From the NCBI GenBank assembly GCA_002269645.1, contig NIVC01000426.1, positions 248,001 to 312,000 of the forward strand: 64,000 nucleotides of DNA, in the 5' to 3' direction. The stretch's first letter is position 1. Every line of letters starts with the position of its first letter. The DNA is from Macrostomum lignano (Eukaryota). Positions 61,101-64,000 of the stretch are shown here, piece after piece. The notes below the pieces were generated by a model that searched no databases, was not told the origin of the DNA, and was given only the letters and a program-made list of their open reading frames with translations. The translations under genes were made by a program, and so were the position numbers.

Positions 61101-62645
61101 CACTCCGATCCCGCACCATCCCTGTGTCAGCTCACTCCGATCCCGCAACATCCCTGTGTCAGCTCACTCCGATCCCGCAACATCCCTGTGTCAGCTCACT
61201 CCGATCCCGCAACATCCCTGTGTCAGCTCAATCCGATCCCGCACAATCCCTGTGTCAGCTCACTCCGATCCCACACAATCCCTGTGTCAGCTCACTCCGA
61301 TCCCACACAATCCCTGTGTGAGCTCACCCCGATCCCGCACCATCCCTGTGTCAGCTCACTCCGATCCCGCACAATCCCTGTGTCAGCTCACTCCGATCCC
61401 GCACCGTCCCTGTGTCAGCTCACCCCGATCCCGCACAATCCCTGTGTCAGCTCACCCCGATCCCGCACAATCCCTGTGTCAGCTCACCCCGATCCCGCAC
61501 AATCCCTGTGTCAGCTCACTCCGATCCCGCACAATCCCTGTGTCAGCTCACTCCGATCCCGCACAATCCCCGTGTCAGCTCACTCCGATCCCGCACAATC
61601 CCCGTGTCAGCTCACTCCGATCCCGCACAATCCCTGTGTCAGCTCTCACCGTCGAACGTCTGTCGGGCTGTGGCGGCCTGTACCAGGCTGCTCATCCCTG
61701 GCTTATTAAGCACCTGCACGCCCGGCGGCGAGGCCTGCAGCAGCCGCGGCGTCATGCAGTCGCCGCTGCCGCCATCGCTGCTGACCGTCAGCAGCTGGCA
61801 CCGAGGCGGCGACTCGGCGTTGAACCAAGCGACAGCGACGCAGTCGGCGCCTCGGCACTCCAGCGCGCACTCGATCACTGATCTGACGCTGATGTTCTTC
61901 AATTGGCTGCAGACGCTGCTGTCAACCGAAACCGAACCCAGGACCTCATCCATTCGCACGTCTTGTCCGTTGACCTTAAGGGCTGATTGTTTTTACAAAG
62001 CGATAGTTTTTCATTAGGTGTATTGAACGCATGAAGCAAATCTGTTATTACGACAGAGAATTTTAATTTAAAATTTATCAATGTTCAGCGATCCCATTCT
62101 CTTTCAGTGTCAGCAGCCTCAGATCCCGCAACCTCTCTGTGTGTCAGCAGCCTCAGATCCCGCAACCTCTCTGTGTGTCAGCAGCCTCAGATCCCGCAAC
62201 CTCTCTGTGTGTCAGCAGCCTCAGATCCCGCAACCTCCCTGTGTGTCAGCAGCCTCAGATCCCGCAACCTCCCTGTGTGTCAGCAGCCTCAGATCCCGCA
62301 ACCTCCCTGTGTGTCAGCAGCCTCAGATCCCGCAACCTCCCTGTGTGTCAGCAGCCTCAGATCCCGCAACCTCCCTGTGTGTCAGCAGCCTCAGATCCCG
62401 CAACCTCCCTGTGTGTCAGCAGCCTCAGATCCCGCAACCTCCCTGTGTGTCAGCAGCCTCAGATCCCGCAACCTCCCTGTGTGTCAGCAGCCTCAGATCC
62501 CGCAACCTCCCTGTGTGTCAGCTCCCATTGTCCAATTCGAACAAACTATAAAGAAATATTCTTTTTAGTGCGATATGTGGCACTCACCCATCAGAGCAAA
62601 AGCCGTCAGAACCCGCAATGAGATTTTCAACGATTTTTCAGACAT
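58156..62645 (-). CDS. Secreted protein with a PAN/apple-like domain and an ALK/LTK-type glycine-rich domain, about 401 aa; one apparent 1-bp frameshift in the last exon
   Basis: Exons 62588-62645 (MSEKSLKISLRVLTAFALM), 61650-61982 (SVIECALECRGADCVAVAWF..CQL), 59418-59753 (GCYRIEARGARGG..GGYGASVAGSFSL..VVVGQRG..GGGGGGSFV..LLVAAGGGGG) and 58156-58633 (GGFGGGGG..GGGGYSGGG..GGGGSY..GYVDV). The last exon is 478 nt; one G missing in the run at about 58325-58328 restores the frame. Confidence 0.8.
58755..59405. repeat. 33 bp minisatellite (CCCCTAACCATTAGCACAAAAGTACAATTTGCA)n
   Basis: Read directly; begins just inside the donor at 59417. Confidence 0.95.
59830..60425. repeat. About 41 bp minisatellite
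   Basis: GGACTAGAATACAAGACAAGGACGCCTAAAGCTTAAATATCT repeated. Confidence 0.93.
60965..61645. repeat. 32 bp minisatellite (GATCCCGCACAATCCCTGTGTCAGCTCACTCC)n
   Basis: Read directly; abuts the donor at 61649. Confidence 0.95.
62105..62522. repeat. 34 bp minisatellite (GATCCCGCAACCTCCCTGTGTGTCAGCAGCCTCA)n
   Basis: Read directly. Confidence 0.95.
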
Positions 62646-62939
62646 GGCAAAAATATCGAATATGTTTTGACACAAAAACACCACAGATAGCAGAGACAAC
62701 GGTGGAAGCCAGCCGGAGCTTTTATGGTTTTCTAGGCCGACAAAACTTCTCTCCAATAGATGTGTTAGAAGATCCAACCTCACAACTATTGGCGTCCTGT
62801 TGTCATGGAAACAATTTTGGGGTAGCTGGCTGCGTGACACGGGAAGATGCCTGGATGGCAAGAGAAGCTGGAAGAAGAATTGATAGTAATTTTTCTGAAA
62901 ACAAATCGGTTGGGAGACGGCTGCAGTGTTTATAGAGTA

Positions 62940-63380
62940 AGTGGGTGAGTGAGTAAGTGAGTGAGTGAGTGAGTGAGTGAGTGAGTGAGTGAGTGAGTGG
63001 TGAGTGAGTGAGTGAGTGAGTGAGTGAGTGAGTGAGTGAGTGAGTGAGTGAGTGAGTGAGTGAGTGAGTGAGTGAGTGAGTGAGTGAGTGAGTGAGTGAG
63101 TGAGTGAGTGAGTGAGTGAGTGAGTGAGTGAGTGAGTGAGTGAGTGAGTGAGTGAGTGAGTGAGTGAGTAAGTGAGTGAGTGAGTGAGTGAGTGAGTGAG
63201 TGAGTGAGTGAGTGAGTGAGTGAGTGAGTAAGTGAGTGAGTGAGTGAGTGAGTGAGTGAGTGAGTGAGTGAGTGAGTGAGTGAGTGAGTGAGTGAGTGAG
63301 TGAGCGAGTGAGTGAGTGAGTGAGTGAGTAAGTGAGTGAGTGAGCAAGTGAGTGAGTGAGCAAGTGAGTGAGTGAGCGAG
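62940..63380. repeat. (GAGT)n microsatellite
   Basis: Read directly. Confidence 0.97.
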
Positions 63381-64000
63381 TGAGGAGGGACTCACTCTCC
63401 AGCATCTGGCAAGTGGGTTTAAAGCCCACACGCTAGCGGCCGGCTGTTTCGCTAATGGCCTCTTCATCCATGTGTTTTCATCGACATTGGCGGGCAGATT
63501 AGTGAATAATTCATTCACTTAAGCAACATTTTTAGACAAAGGCCTGCGCTTTTAAACACAACAAAAGGCTTTTGTTAAAAAGCTAATTTCACCAATAATT
63601 GGATTTTTCTTTAGCCATGTCATTAAATGACAGGAAAGAAGATCTATTTTAGCAATTTATACACTATTTTTTGTACTTAACTATACACTATTTTAACACA
63701 GAAAGCACTACTATACTCGTAATTCTCAGTTACACTACTGACAGTAGTGAAAGGCAAATAAACGCTTTTGTTACCTATTTTCTTCTACTAAAAGCACTTT
63801 CTGAATTGTGTGTACTGTCTGCACTGTACAATGGGCTGCGCACAGCGTGAAAGGACAATGGGAGGGTAGGCAGGAGGGGCTTGGCTCGGACTACGAAATG
63901 TGGATTAATTAAACACACAGAATTACGGTTTCTGAGCAGCTTCCGTGATGCTTTTAGAAGGAAAAACAACCAGTTGAATAGAAAGGGCTCTCTTTCAGGG

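Noticed and set aside
62565-63518. 317-aa ORF as an upstream coding exon
   Set aside because: It is mostly (GAGT)n translated as THSL; only the last segment (62588-62645) fits a signal-peptide exon.

Overview
Animal genomic DNA. The GC-rich exons and the private minisatellite in almost every intron resemble the flatworm Macrostomum lignano; this is an inference, not verified. Seven protein-coding genes were reconstructed exon by exon from splice sites and codon phase: (1) a voltage-gated calcium channel alpha2/delta subunit (minus, ATG 16173, runs off the left edge), (2) an intronless polyadenylated-type histone H1, (3) a secreted protein with five follistatin/Kazal modules like the agrin N-terminus, (4) synergin gamma with a long Q-rich coding repeat, (5) PSMD6/Rpn7 and (6) VPS33A arranged head-to-head, and (7) a secreted PAN/apple plus ALK/LTK-type glycine-rich-domain protein. 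Mobile elements are a near full-length RNase H-containing LOA-like LINE, a tRNA-derived SINE with a second truncated copy, an internally deleted P-element, hAT-like MITEs, a foldback MITE and a mariner fossil. The most unusual signal is a domain of about 3 kb on each side of the short CpG-retaining PSMD6/VPS33A promoter. CpG is almost absent there, and a resident mariner fossil is riddled with C>T/G>A changes at both CpG and CpA, a pattern like fungal RIP but in an animal and tied to position rather than to repeats. Most long ORFs in the supplied track are artefacts of tandem repeats. All counts were made by eye.
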